DNA of 60,469 nucleotides, filler included. It is 3 parts of 3 records of this genome, joined end to end, with 100 filler letters (N's around TTAATTAATTAA, not from the genome) between each part and the next. Parts side by side here need not be neighbours in the genome. Positions count along the whole stretch, not along the records: positions 15,034 to 45,149 come from SRR20825019_281; 2 more parts are not named here. One strand, 5' to 3'. A model generated the notes under the pieces. The model made no database searches. It was not told the origin of the DNA and saw nothing but the letters and a program-made list of their open reading frames with translations. The position numbers and the translations under genes are program-made. Below are positions 28,568 to 38,613 of this stretch, piece after piece. The first letter of the stretch is position 1. Every line of letters starts with the position of its first letter.

Positions 28568-30545
28568 CACTTCCCGCCAGACCATGCTCTGGGCCATGTT
28601 GTTTGCCGCATTGGCGGCACTCGCCACCGTGGCAAACCTTGCCCCAGGCCTGATGGATCTCGGACTTGCCCGTCTGACTGGAACGCCAGATCTGAGGGAT
28701 ATCGACGCGCTGCTCATGCGATTCAGTCAGCTGCCGCGTCTGGCAATGGCGCCCCTCTGCGGCATTGCGCTCGGCATGGCGGGCGCCCTCTTCCAGCAGG
28801 TCCTGCGCAACCCTCTTGCCTCGCCATCGACCCTGGGCGTCGAGGCCGGGGCCGGGTTGGCAATCGCGCTGGCAATCCTGTTTCTGCCGGCATTGCTCGG
28901 CTGGAGCCGGGATCTGGTCTCCCTGACAGGCGCCGGTTTTGCTTCAGGTATCGTTTTCTTCCTGTCGCGGAAATTCGCCTTCCGCCCCCTCGCCGTGGTG
29001 CTTTCCGGCCTGATCGTCGGTTTCTATCTCAGCGCCTTGTCGTCCACCTTCATTCTGCTGAACGATTACCGGCTTTCCGGTCTGTTCATCTGGGGAAGCG
29101 GCTCCCTCAGCCAACAGGACTGGCGCCCGTTCTGGGATCTGCTCCCCCGTGTCGCGATTTGCGCGCTTGCGGCGGGCCTGCTTGTCCGGCCGATGACGGC
29201 CCTGCAACTGGATGAGACCGCGCGCGGGCTTGGCTTGCGCATCGCCACAATCCGCGCGGCGGCGCTCGCTCTCGCGGTCATCCTCACTGCCTTCACCGTC
29301 AGTGCGGTTGGCGTGATCGGCTTCCTCGGCCTCGCTGCACCGGCCATCGCCCGGGCCATCGGAGCCCGGACATTCCGCAGCCGTCTGTTCCTAGCCCCCC
29401 TGGTCGGCGCCTGCCTGCTGACGACAACAGACCAATCCCTCCAGCTCCTGAGCAAGGCCACGGGAATGTTCCTTCCCGCAGGCGCCGTGACCGCCGTGCT
29501 CGGGGCACCCGTGCTTTTCCTGCTCATCCGGAAACTTCCGGTCGCGCCAGGAGCTGTCACGGGAGCCGCCGCTCTCACCTTTGCCCGGCGCCCTCTTGTG
29601 CGTGTCCTCGCTCCCGTCGGCATCTTGCTGGTCTGTCTGTTTCTGACCGCAACATTCATCGGACGGGACGGAAGCGGACAGTGGGTGCTGGATACCGGAG
29701 AAATGCTGGAGCCTCTATTGATCTGGCGCCTGCCGCGTTCCGTGGCCGCCGGTGCGGCGGGAGCGTTGCTGGCGATTGCCGGGGTCATCCTGCAAAGACT
29801 GCTGCGCAATCCGATGGCCAGCCCGGAAGTCCTTGGTGTGAACGCGGGGGCAGGCATGGGGCTGCTTGTCGTTCTGCTCTGTGTCGCAGCGCCCGGTCAT
29901 TTCGCACTGACCTCCGGCGCCGCCATCGGCGCCCTCTCGGCTCTCGGCCTGCTGATCTTCAGCATCCGAAAATCCGCGCTCTCGGGCAACAGGGCCCTGA
30001 TGGCCGGTGTTGCGCTCGCTACCTTCCTCTTCGCCCTGCTCTCGGTCGTGACGGCAACGGGCGATCCGCGCGCAATGCATCTGCTGACCTGGATGGCCGG
30101 CTCCACCTACAAAGCCGACATGACGAGCGCCGCCGTGCTGGTGGGAGCGGCTGCGCTGACACTGCCCTTTCTGCCGTTACTGGCCCGCCAGCTGGAGCTG
30201 CTTTCAGTAGGCACCGCCCTCGCACGCGCGACCGGTGCAAGGGTGGAACGCATCCAGCTCCTCACACTCACACTTGCCGGTCTGCTGACAGCCATCGCCT
30301 CTCTCGGCGTCGGAGCGCTCAGCTTCATCGGCCTCATCGCCCCGCAAATCGCCCGGCAAGCAGGCCTGCAAAGATGCCTGCCGCAGATCGCCGGAGCGGC
30401 AATGATCGGAGCGACATTGATGGTCGCGGCGGACTTCCTCGGCCGGACGATCTATTTCCCCTGGCAACTCCCCGCCGGGCTTTTGAGTGCACTGATCGGC
30501 GGGCCGGTATTGATGATTGTGCTGTTGGCAAAGAAGAAAGCGTAA
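28548..30545 (+). CDS. fhuB: Ferric hydroxamate ABC permease (fused two-domain)
   Basis: 665 aa with duplicated FecCD domains (LRNPLASPSTLG and LRNPMASPEVLG). Confidence 0.9.
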   Translation: MSLIMPDTSRQTMLWAMLFAALAALATVANLAPGLMDLGLARLTGTPDLRDIDALLMRFSQLPRLAMAPLCGIALGMAGALFQQVLRNPLASPSTLGVEAGAGLAIALAILFLPALLGWSRDLVSLTGAGFASGIVFFLSRKFAFRPLAVVLSGLIVGFYLSALSSTFILLNDYRLSGLFIWGSGSLSQQDWRPFWDLLPRVAICALAAGLLVRPMTALQLDETARGLGLRIATIRAAALALAVILTAFTVSAVGVIGFLGLAAPAIARAIGARTFRSRLFLAPLVGACLLTTTDQSLQLLSKATGMFLPAGAVTAVLGAPVLFLLIRKLPVAPGAVTGAAALTFARRPLVRVLAPVGILLVCLFLTATFIGRDGSGQWVLDTGEMLEPLLIWRLPRSVAAGAAGALLAIAGVILQRLLRNPMASPEVLGVNAGAGMGLLVVLLCVAAPGHFALTSGAAIGALSALGLLIFSIRKSALSGNRALMAGVALATFLFALLSVVTATGDPRAMHLLTWMAGSTYKADMTSAAVLVGAAALTLPFLPLLARQLELLSVGTALARATGARVERIQLLTLTLAGLLTAIASLGVGALSFIGLIAPQIARQAGLQRCLPQIAGAAMIGATLMVAADFLGRTIYFPWQLPAGLLSALIGGPVLMIVLLAKKKA

Positions 30546-30669
30546 GACGTATTTTGTTCCCGGCCTGGTATTCCACCGAGGCCGGCCACGCTTTACGGAC
30601 CAGCGTTAGGGCACTATATCAAACACCTAACCTCCCTCGCCCTGCATCCACAAAACCGGAAAACAGCTT

Positions 30670-32379
30670 ATGGCAGGCGGCTGCGCCATCTACATCGGCG
30701 ACAACCCGATGCGGCAACAGACCAATCCATTTGGCAAGGATATCGCGAATCGCGGACTGTTCCGGGCATTTGCAGAACACGGCCCATGGGACGATCAGCT
30801 GTTTCTTGTGCACAACAAGATCGACGATGCGAAACTGACGTCAAACCTGTTTGACGGTGAGCCGGCGCCGAAACCGATCCTCTCGACCTCAATCCTGAAT
30901 CATCGGGAGATCTCTGCTCGCGGCACCTTGTTCCGTGGTCAGGCAAAAATTGGCGACCTGGCGTGGCAGCGGCGTCAGACCAGCGAACGGGCCTACAGCC
31001 TTGTCGGACTGGTCCATTCTCTCGCGCCCCAGGCCATGCGGGCCTATACGGCTGAAGCCGTGACAAGCCCAATAGAGCCATGGGATGCCATGATATGCAC
31101 CTCACCGGCGGTTGAACGTCATCTGCGCACCTTGCTTGAAGAAACAAGCGACTACATGACGTCACGCTTCGCCGGGTCCGATGCGCAGCGACGGTTGCCA
31201 CTGCCGAACCTGCCCGTGATCCCGCTTGGGATAGACACCGCCGCCTTCGCCGCCCGCGGCGAGACCAGCCGGCGCCGGGAGGCGCGGGAGTATTTTGGCC
31301 TCGCCGAGGACGTCTTCACCCTGCTCTGGGTCGGGCGGCTGTCGTTCTTCGAAAAGGCTTATCCCCAAGCCATGTTCGCCGCCGCCGAGGAGACCGCGCG
31401 GCGCACCGGCCGGACCGTTGAATTCCTGATGGCAGGATGGTTCCCCGATGGCGACCAGGGACGCGGTCACTGGGAGGCTGCGGCAACTCTGTATGCCCCA
31501 TCAGTAAAAGTGCGTTTCCTCGACGGAAACGACAGCGGCGTGCTTGAACGGATCTGGGCAGCGTCCGATGTCTTCGTCTCGCTGGTCGACAATATCCAGG
31601 AGACGTTCGGGATCACCCCGATCGAGGCGATGGCCGCCGGCCTGCCAGTGGTCGTCAGCGACTGGGACGGCTACCGGGCAACGGTACGTCACGGCGTCAC
31701 CGGCTTCCGCATCCCCACGATGATGGCGCCGGGCGGGACCGGCAAACAGATGGCGCAACGCCATGCTCTCGGCATGGACAGCTACCAGATCTACGTCGCC
31801 CAGGTTGCCGCCCATGTGGCTGTCAATGTCCGGGCGGCCGCGGATGCCCTGACCGCCCTGGCGACGGACACGGCACTGGCTGCACGAATGGGCACGGCTG
31901 CAGCCGAACACGCGCGCCAGACCTTCGATTGGCCGGTGGTGGTTGCCCAGTATGCGGCATTGTTCGAGGAGCTGGAAGCGATCCGCCAGTCTGCATCAGC
32001 CTACGAGACCGACGGCGCCACCCGGACGAACCCAGTCCGAAACGATCCCTTCGGCGCGTTCGCCAGCTTCGCCAGTGCCCACTTGAACGGAGATATCCTG
32101 TTCCGCCCGGCACCGCCGACTGCAGTAACGGAGAGTCTGGTGCATCACAATACAGCGCTGAACAACCTCACCGGTATCTGGCGCTTGCCCCCCGAAGCCA
32201 CCGACAGGATCCGCGCCCTGGTCACCGAACGCGGCGAGATATCCTTGATGGAGCTGGTCGCGGCCGTCGGCCAGGTGCCGCATGAGTTCCTGGCCCGGCA
32301 TCTTGTATGGATGTGCAAGGTCGGCCTGCTCGATTGGGCAACCGCCGAGCCCGTGGAAATCGACGTGCCGGACCGGTAA
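30670..32379 (+). CDS. Glycosyltransferase family 4
   Basis: QETFGITPIEAMAAGLPVVVSDWDG (EX7E) GT-B motif. Confidence 0.88.
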   Translation: MAGGCAIYIGDNPMRQQTNPFGKDIANRGLFRAFAEHGPWDDQLFLVHNKIDDAKLTSNLFDGEPAPKPILSTSILNHREISARGTLFRGQAKIGDLAWQRRQTSERAYSLVGLVHSLAPQAMRAYTAEAVTSPIEPWDAMICTSPAVERHLRTLLEETSDYMTSRFAGSDAQRRLPLPNLPVIPLGIDTAAFAARGETSRRREAREYFGLAEDVFTLLWVGRLSFFEKAYPQAMFAAAEETARRTGRTVEFLMAGWFPDGDQGRGHWEAAATLYAPSVKVRFLDGNDSGVLERIWAASDVFVSLVDNIQETFGITPIEAMAAGLPVVVSDWDGYRATVRHGVTGFRIPTMMAPGGTGKQMAQRHALGMDSYQIYVAQVAAHVAVNVRAAADALTALATDTALAARMGTAAAEHARQTFDWPVVVAQYAALFEELEAIRQSASAYETDGATRTNPVRNDPFGAFASFASAHLNGDILFRPAPPTAVTESLVHHNTALNNLTGIWRLPPEATDRIRALVTERGEISLMELVAAVGQVPHEFLARHLVWMCKVGLLDWATAEPVEIDVPDR

Positions 32380-32392
32380 GGTTTCGCTGGCC

Positions 32393-34150
32393 CTACCCCT
32401 GCCGCCGTTCGCGCCAGGCGCTTTCCCAACATTCCTCATAGTTTCTGGCGATTGCGGCAACGCCGAACCTTTCGCGCACGCGTGGTGCGGCATCGCGTGC
32501 CGCCACGGTGAACGCCGGGAGCTGGTCGCGCCAGTTCAGAAATCCGGCACAAAACTCCGCCCCGCCGGCGATATCGCTCGATACGAAGCCAGTGTGATAA
32601 TCGTCAAGAACCGGGCCGATATCACCGACATCCGTCGCGTAGACCGGCACCCCCATCGCCATAGCTTCCAGCATCGCGATCGGTAACCCTTCATAGTGTG
32701 AACTCACGATGAGGCCGGCAAGGACGGGATAGAGACGGGTCAGGTCGTCACAGAACGGGATGCGCGTCACGTTCTCGAGGCCCTCCTCACGAATGAAGGC
32801 ATCGCAGTCCGGCCCAAGCACGCCATCACCCACGAGAACAAAATGATCGCTCTTTCCAGCCTTGGCGGACTCTGCCGCGAGCGTGAGGAAGGCGATCGGG
32901 TTCTTTTGCTCCACAAGCCGGCCGATGAAAGCAAAGCACGGTCGATCGGCAGGAAGACCATGTGCCCCGGCGAGTGCCGCCCTTTCCTCCGCGCTTGGCG
33001 CCGGTCTGTCGAAACGCGGCGCATCGATTGCCGAGTAGATGAGATCGATGCTCCCAGGTGCCATGCCCAGCCTGTCGGTAAAGACATCGCGAATACGGCT
33101 GTTGATCGCGATGAAGCGATCGAAGGATTGGATGCCTGCTTCACCGTATCGCTGAATCCAACCCTCATTCGTGTCATAGACCTGCTGGTCGACGATGGGC
33201 ACATCACTGAACAGCGTGCGCAGCGTTCTGGCGTTGTCGGCAAGCCATGGCGAGCCGTTACAGACCCAGACAAGATCAGGCCGGTAGCCCTCCTTCAGCC
33301 TCTGTAGCAGCTGCATATGGTGATGGTTTTCCGCAATCTCGGCGAGATCATAGATCACCTCGGCGACTGCCGACATCTGATGATGCAGGCTGCCTTGATC
33401 CTTGTGCAGACGTTCCGTGGTCACGACCACGAAATGATACTTGTCGCGAAGCGCGCGGATGATCTCGATTGTATTGCGCTCGACACCGCCCACCGCGAGA
33501 AAGATCGGCAGGACAAGGACAACAGGACGATCGTCTGTCAGCGGCGTCGGACTCCAGGCACCCGAATAGGCTGCTTTCGGCGAAGCATTGCCGACACGAA
33601 ATCCCGCGATTGTCCCGGCCGGATGCGTCACCGCTTGTTCCGGGAACAATGCGTCGAGGGCCGTGCTCCCCACCCCCTCGCCCGGCTCGGGCAACAGGCG
33701 CAAGACCCGCCCCGTCATCGGGCCGGGTGTGGCTCCATGCCGGCGCAGAGAATGATTAGGCCCGGAAAGGCACCGCATCGCGGGCGGCTCCTCCAACCCG
33801 TGAGAGGCAACGACGATATCAAGGCCGTTCACTTCCGCCGCGAGCGTCATGTTCCTGAGGTGAGCCGCGCTGAGGCGTGGTGCATTCGGGTCCGGCGCAT
33901 AAACCAGCCCCGAGAAGGTGACGAGTGCTGCTTCATCGATAATCGTGAAACCTTCATAACCGCTCGTTGGATCGGTTGAGCCGGGCAGGAGAACGGCGAA
34001 GGGGACCTGTGCATCATGATCGATTGGTGCCGGTGTCATTGGCGCTCCGCGCACCAGCGCCCGCACTGTCGAAAGCATGCGATCACCGCCCGGCAGCGAC
34101 AGCAAAATCCTGGCAATAAGCCGTTTGAACATCATAATTCCTGCACTCAC
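32393..34150 (-). CDS. Glycosyltransferase family 4 with an unknown N-terminal extension
   Basis: GGVER, IGRLVEQKN and EGLPIAMLEAMAMGVPV motifs. Confidence 0.85.
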   Translation of the reverse strand: MSAGIMMFKRLIARILLSLPGGDRMLSTVRALVRGAPMTPAPIDHDAQVPFAVLLPGSTDPTSGYEGFTIIDEAALVTFSGLVYAPDPNAPRLSAAHLRNMTLAAEVNGLDIVVASHGLEEPPAMRCLSGPNHSLRRHGATPGPMTGRVLRLLPEPGEGVGSTALDALFPEQAVTHPAGTIAGFRVGNASPKAAYSGAWSPTPLTDDRPVVLVLPIFLAVGGVERNTIEIIRALRDKYHFVVVTTERLHKDQGSLHHQMSAVAEVIYDLAEIAENHHHMQLLQRLKEGYRPDLVWVCNGSPWLADNARTLRTLFSDVPIVDQQVYDTNEGWIQRYGEAGIQSFDRFIAINSRIRDVFTDRLGMAPGSIDLIYSAIDAPRFDRPAPSAEERAALAGAHGLPADRPCFAFIGRLVEQKNPIAFLTLAAESAKAGKSDHFVLVGDGVLGPDCDAFIREEGLENVTRIPFCDDLTRLYPVLAGLIVSSHYEGLPIAMLEAMAMGVPVYATDVGDIGPVLDDYHTGFVSSDIAGGAEFCAGFLNWRDQLPAFTVAARDAAPRVRERFGVAAIARNYEECWESAWRERRQG

Positions 34151-35244
34151 AGCGCGCCGACATGATCACGATACCAGTCCTTGAAAGACGGATCGGGGGC
34201 AACCTGGAACGGGTTTTGGAAGGTCGCTTCGACATCGGGGTGATGTCTGAAGAAACGGCGCTCGGCCATGGTGATCGGCGTTCCGTCCCGATAGCAAGCA
34301 TAAGCCCAGACTCGGCTGCCTTCGGTTTCCTGTCCTTCAGCCCTGCAAGCCTCCTCGTACCAGTCCAACAAGGGAGCAACCGCAGTTTGGCTCGAGCCAT
34401 AGGCCTTGTTGACGGTCGTGTGCGCACCAGAGTCAAAACCGGTGAAGTGATAAAACCGCAAGGGGTTTCCATTCACCTCGAGGCCACTCTCCACGGAACC
34501 GGACAATGTACGGTGGATCAGGTTCCAGGCAGCCACATTGTAGCCCGGGTCCGTCAGTATTTCAGTATCGGGGAAGAACACGGGAACAAGATCGCCCCAC
34601 CGCTGATCCGTAAAAAGCCCTTCGGAAACATCGTCGATACAGAAATGGGTCAGCCGGTCGGCCCACCATTCCGCAAAACGGCGCCCCTCCGGCTGGTCGG
34701 CAACGGCAAAGAAACCAAAATTATAGACACCATGGCGCAGCAGGATGATTTCGTGATCGCGGATCGCCTGAAGATAATCGCCCCCGCTGTCACCGGTGCG
34801 GATCGGCGTCAGGTCATGGGGCGTTAACAGGATCGGGCGTTCTTCCAGACGCTCCGCAATGGGAGAGAGATCTCCAAACACTGCAACATCAGGATCAAGG
34901 AAGATGACCTTGTCATGGCGTGGATCGGCGAGAAGGCGCTTCAACGCTGTTCCCTTCACCGCCGTCGACGCCTCGACAATCGAGTGGGAGAACACCCATG
35001 CTTCGAACCGCCCCGGGGCCAGCCCGGACTCCATGAGTTCCTTTGGGCCGATAACCTCGTCGAACGGTTCCAGAGCAAGGTCCAGATCTTCTGGCCATGG
35101 CTCCGAAACAACCGCGATGAAACGGCATTCCGGGTGTTGGCGTTTGACGGATTTGGCGAGCACACGGGCCTTGGGAAGATAGTTCGCGACAATGCTGGTG
35201 AAGACCGCCGTGCGGTTCAGTCCAGCCGTCGTTTTATTTGTCAT
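34147..35244 (-). CDS. GT-A glycosyltransferase (GT8-like)
   Basis: NYLPKARVLAKS, FLDPD DxD motif, YNFGF, DQRW and RFYHF. Confidence 0.75.
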   Translation of the reverse strand: MTNKTTAGLNRTAVFTSIVANYLPKARVLAKSVKRQHPECRFIAVVSEPWPEDLDLALEPFDEVIGPKELMESGLAPGRFEAWVFSHSIVEASTAVKGTALKRLLADPRHDKVIFLDPDVAVFGDLSPIAERLEERPILLTPHDLTPIRTGDSGGDYLQAIRDHEIILLRHGVYNFGFFAVADQPEGRRFAEWWADRLTHFCIDDVSEGLFTDQRWGDLVPVFFPDTEILTDPGYNVAAWNLIHRTLSGSVESGLEVNGNPLRFYHFTGFDSGAHTTVNKAYGSSQTAVAPLLDWYEEACRAEGQETEGSRVWAYACYRDGTPITMAERRFFRHHPDVEATFQNPFQVAPDPSFKDWYRDHVGAL

Positions 35245-36811
35245 GACGCACTTTGCCCTGTTGCGGCTTCACTAGCCCCACCACCGCGCGGAGCGGAGCT
35301 GTTACTTTCCATGAGGTCGATCGATAGACATTTACCAGTCTGTCCTCGGAATTCGACAATTCCTCTCGGGCTGCCGACAACTCTTTCTGCAGACGCTCAG
35401 TCCCGGCCCGTTCCCGCGACAGGGCGTCTCTCAACCCGACGATCGTGCGCGCGGCCCATTGCCCGGCCTCAGAGATTTGCGGCACCCGGAAATCGAATAC
35501 GAAACGAACATGCCCCTCCCTGACCCGATCCCGAATGGCCTCAGGCACATTTATCCGAACGCGGTTCGAGCTGTCGTTCTCGCGTAGCCAACGCAAGATC
35601 CCGGGCGGCGCCGACACGTTGTTATCATCAACCATGGTCATGGCGCCCGCTTCCCGCGCGGTCCACAATGTGTGCCCCCCTTCCACGCATCTGAGATTGG
35701 AGATTTCAAGCGCGCCGGTGCGCGCCTCCATCACCAGCTCAAAAGCAGCCGGGGTATCAACCAGACGCGGCACCTCGATATGGACGCGGACCGGCGCCCG
35801 GCCCAATGCCACCTCGGCTCTCACCCGATGCGTGCCGCCTATCACCGTACCCGCCTGTTCCCACTCCAGCGTGAACCGACAGGATGTCTTGGGCTCAGGG
35901 GGAGCAATTTGAACGGCGGGCCTGACCCGGTTGGCAACCGTTCCCGGTTTGCGCAAAAGACCAGCAAGCAGATGGCGCGCACCTTCCGTCGCTTCCGGCA
36001 TCGCCCATCCGTTCGGACCAACGGGGAACACATTGACAAGATCGTCTGCAAGATCGATCAGCCGCGGTATTTTCATCGCTTCCGCGATCGCGGCGGGAAA
36101 CGAAGGGACGCCCACGAAAACTGAACAGCCAGCGAGAAAAGTGGACAGCTCCCGGGCGTCCGAGAATTCCCGCAGCTCCCCTTCGATACCAAAATAGTTT
36201 GGCAACTCCTTGCTGAAACCGATCAGGGTCACCGGACCAAAGCCATCCAGGATTTCCGCAAGCCGTTCATTCGGACGGTTCCGATAACGCGGTGTGACGG
36301 AGACCGCGATCCCCTGATCCGGCGCTGCTGACACCGGTTTCTCTATCCAGGCACGTGCAGGATCGACACGGGCTCCAAAAGCCATTGCATGCGCATGAAC
36401 CAGATGCCGTCGCTCCAGCGGCTGCAACCGGAACTGGTCCAGGATATAATCCACACCCAATGTCGCAGGAGCAATGTGCTCAAGTGGCAGCCCCTTGACC
36501 AGCGCGGACACTTTAGCCTGATGCCCGTACCCCGCCCCCAGGCGGACCGGCGCGCCGACAATATCCACCGTTTTGATGCCTGGTTGCTCCAGCAACAGGG
36601 AAACCAGGGATTTCGCCATCGCCTCCGTGAGAATTCGGCCGCCGGCACCGGGGTCCTCGCAAACGTTCAGCATCATATGGGTAATGCCGAGCGCACGGAC
36701 CGTCGGCAGTGCGTAAATGATATCGCCGATATTTCCGCTATGAATTCCCGAGATGGCTCCCGGGGCCGGATCTTCTCCATGCCGGGAGAACCGGTCGAGT
36801 ATCGGCGTCAT
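35234..36811 (-). CDS. GT9-like glycosyltransferase fused to a beta-rich domain and coiled-coil tail
   Basis: HSGNIGDIIYALP and FVGVPSFPAAIAEAMKIP; C-terminal heptads ending STSWKVTAPLR. Confidence 0.6.
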   Translation of the reverse strand: MTPILDRFSRHGEDPAPGAISGIHSGNIGDIIYALPTVRALGITHMMLNVCEDPGAGGRILTEAMAKSLVSLLLEQPGIKTVDIVGAPVRLGAGYGHQAKVSALVKGLPLEHIAPATLGVDYILDQFRLQPLERRHLVHAHAMAFGARVDPARAWIEKPVSAAPDQGIAVSVTPRYRNRPNERLAEILDGFGPVTLIGFSKELPNYFGIEGELREFSDARELSTFLAGCSVFVGVPSFPAAIAEAMKIPRLIDLADDLVNVFPVGPNGWAMPEATEGARHLLAGLLRKPGTVANRVRPAVQIAPPEPKTSCRFTLEWEQAGTVIGGTHRVRAEVALGRAPVRVHIEVPRLVDTPAAFELVMEARTGALEISNLRCVEGGHTLWTAREAGAMTMVDDNNVSAPPGILRWLRENDSSNRVRINVPEAIRDRVREGHVRFVFDFRVPQISEAGQWAARTIVGLRDALSRERAGTERLQKELSAAREELSNSEDRLVNVYRSTSWKVTAPLRAVVGLVKPQQGKVRHDK

Positions 36812-37542
36812 GCGCCGCTCCCGCCAAGCGCGCCGCGCATATCGTCAAGGGCGCGCCCATGAGCCCGGCGTTTGGCGTTCAAAAGATCAGCCCCGGCCGC
36901 CACCATATCCAGACGGGAGAGCTGATCCACAATACCGTCCAACTCCGCTGCAAAGCAGGCTGGAAGCCCCTCAACCGGATCATGATCAATCAATAATACA
37001 GGCTTCAGAATTCCGTTCGCGAGCGCCGCCGTAAGCGGGTCAGCGGTGATGACCAGATCATGCCGGCTGATAAGATCAACCCAGTCCACGCGTCGCGATG
37101 CCACCAACGACCACACACCATCGTTGCGGATCATCCCGGCAAGGTCTTCCTGGTTTCGAGAGGCTGCGGTCAATGTGTATTTCCCGAGCAAATGCTCGAC
37201 CAGCCTCCGTATCCAGGGCTCATCCCCCGTTGCATCGATCAATACCGAGGACAATGCCCGCGTCGGTGCTTCCGGCAGAGGCTCGAACAAGGCCAGCGCC
37301 GGGCCATCGAGCGGCGAGGCCACGATCTTTTCCGGCTCGATTTCGGCGATGGTTGATGGCGAAAATGAAATGATTTTGTCGATATGCGCGACGGCGGCGG
37401 CGTCAATCCCGTCTGCAAAAACCAACCACGACCGCCTGTCCGACGGCATCGCATCGTCACAGAGTGCTATCAGCGCATCGGCCTTTGCCGTTCCGGCTTC
37501 CGTTGCTGCTACCCCGTGTATCGCGAAGACTTCAGCCGCCAT
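36808..37542 (-). CDS. Hypothetical protein with weak GT-B/pyruvyltransferase-like C-terminus
   Basis: Stop overlaps the next gene's start by 4 bp; DLVITADPLTAALANGILKPVLLID segment. Confidence 0.55.
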   Translation of the reverse strand: MAAEVFAIHGVAATEAGTAKADALIALCDDAMPSDRRSWLVFADGIDAAAVAHIDKIISFSPSTIAEIEPEKIVASPLDGPALALFEPLPEAPTRALSSVLIDATGDEPWIRRLVEHLLGKYTLTAASRNQEDLAGMIRNDGVWSLVASRRVDWVDLISRHDLVITADPLTAALANGILKPVLLIDHDPVEGLPACFAAELDGIVDQLSRLDMVAAGADLLNAKRRAHGRALDDMRGALGGSGA

Positions 37543-37650
37543 GATATTCTGCCCCCATTTTGAGCCTAGTTTATATCAAACTCCGGGGCGCACCGAAATC
37601 AACGGAGAAAAGCCGGCCGCACCGCATCGGATCCAAGACCTGGCGCGAGC

Positions 37651-38613
37651 TCAGGAACGCGGGACGATCACCCCTCGCAACCAGTCGAGCGTTTGGGAAA
37701 GGCCCGTTTCGATCCGGGTCTCCGGGCGCCAGCCCAGATGCTCTAAGGCACGCGAAATATCAAGGATACTGGCCGGGACATCGAGAGGTCGGCCCGGTTT
37801 GCGTTCAATCTGGAGCGGCGTGTCGAACAGGGGCTCAATTTTGGAAATGATGTCGTTCAGGCTCAGTCCGCTGCCGCCACCGATATTGAAAAGCCCGTGC
37901 GGGCCATCGTAAATGGCCGATGCAGAGAGCGCGGCGGTCAGGTCCCCGATATAGATATAATCGCGAATCACCTCACCCGTTCCCCAAATCTCGATCACCT
38001 CACCAGTCAGCGCGCGATGCAAAAACGCAGCGATTGCGCCTTGTCCCCGCAAAGGATTCTGATGTGGGCCATAGGGATTGGCCACCCTGAGAATGATCGC
38101 GTCCAGACCACGTTGGCGACGGCTGATCGCAATGTATTTTTCTATTGCGAGCTTGCTGACGCCATAGGCGTTGATCGGATCTGTCGGCGCGGTTTCAGGC
38201 GTCGGAACCGGAACGTCCGGGCCATACACAGTGCCGCCTGAAGAAACAAAAACCAGACGCGCGTCTGACTCGGCCAACATATCGAGTAGGGCCAGGGCCG
38301 GCAGAATGGAATTGCCCACATCGCCTGCGGGATCCGCGTTCGCCGAGGAGGGTGTCGAGGATGATGCGAGATGGAAAACCGTATCCACGCGCTTCACCAG
38401 AGCCGACAGGCATGCATGGTCGTCAAGTCCCGCCTCGACCCACTCCACATCGCCCGGACATCCGTCTGGCGCCGACCGCATATCGAACGCGATCACAACC
38501 GCACCATCGTCGCGAAGCCGATGGACGAGATTCCACCCGATAAACCCGCCGGCCCCGAGGACAAGACAGGTTTTCCCCAGAAGCGGCTGCGCGGCGCGAA
38601 TAGCCATGATCAC
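37651..38613 (-). CDS. NAD-dependent epimerase/dehydratase
   Basis: GAGGFIG, SSGGTVYG, YGVSK and RVANPYGP motifs. Confidence 0.92.
   Translation of the reverse strand: MIMAIRAAQPLLGKTCLVLGAGGFIGWNLVHRLRDDGAVVIAFDMRSAPDGCPGDVEWVEAGLDDHACLSALVKRVDTVFHLASSSTPSSANADPAGDVGNSILPALALLDMLAESDARLVFVSSGGTVYGPDVPVPTPETAPTDPINAYGVSKLAIEKYIAISRRQRGLDAIILRVANPYGPHQNPLRGQGAIAAFLHRALTGEVIEIWGTGEVIRDYIYIGDLTAALSASAIYDGPHGLFNIGGGSGLSLNDIISKIEPLFDTPLQIERKPGRPLDVPASILDISRALEHLGWRPETRIETGLSQTLDWLRGVIVPRS

Noticed and set aside
30546-30669. attL direct repeat of the tRNA-Met 3' end bounding the glycan cluster
   Set aside because: No copy of the tRNA 3' sequence was seen here or near 21500, and no integrase gene is present.
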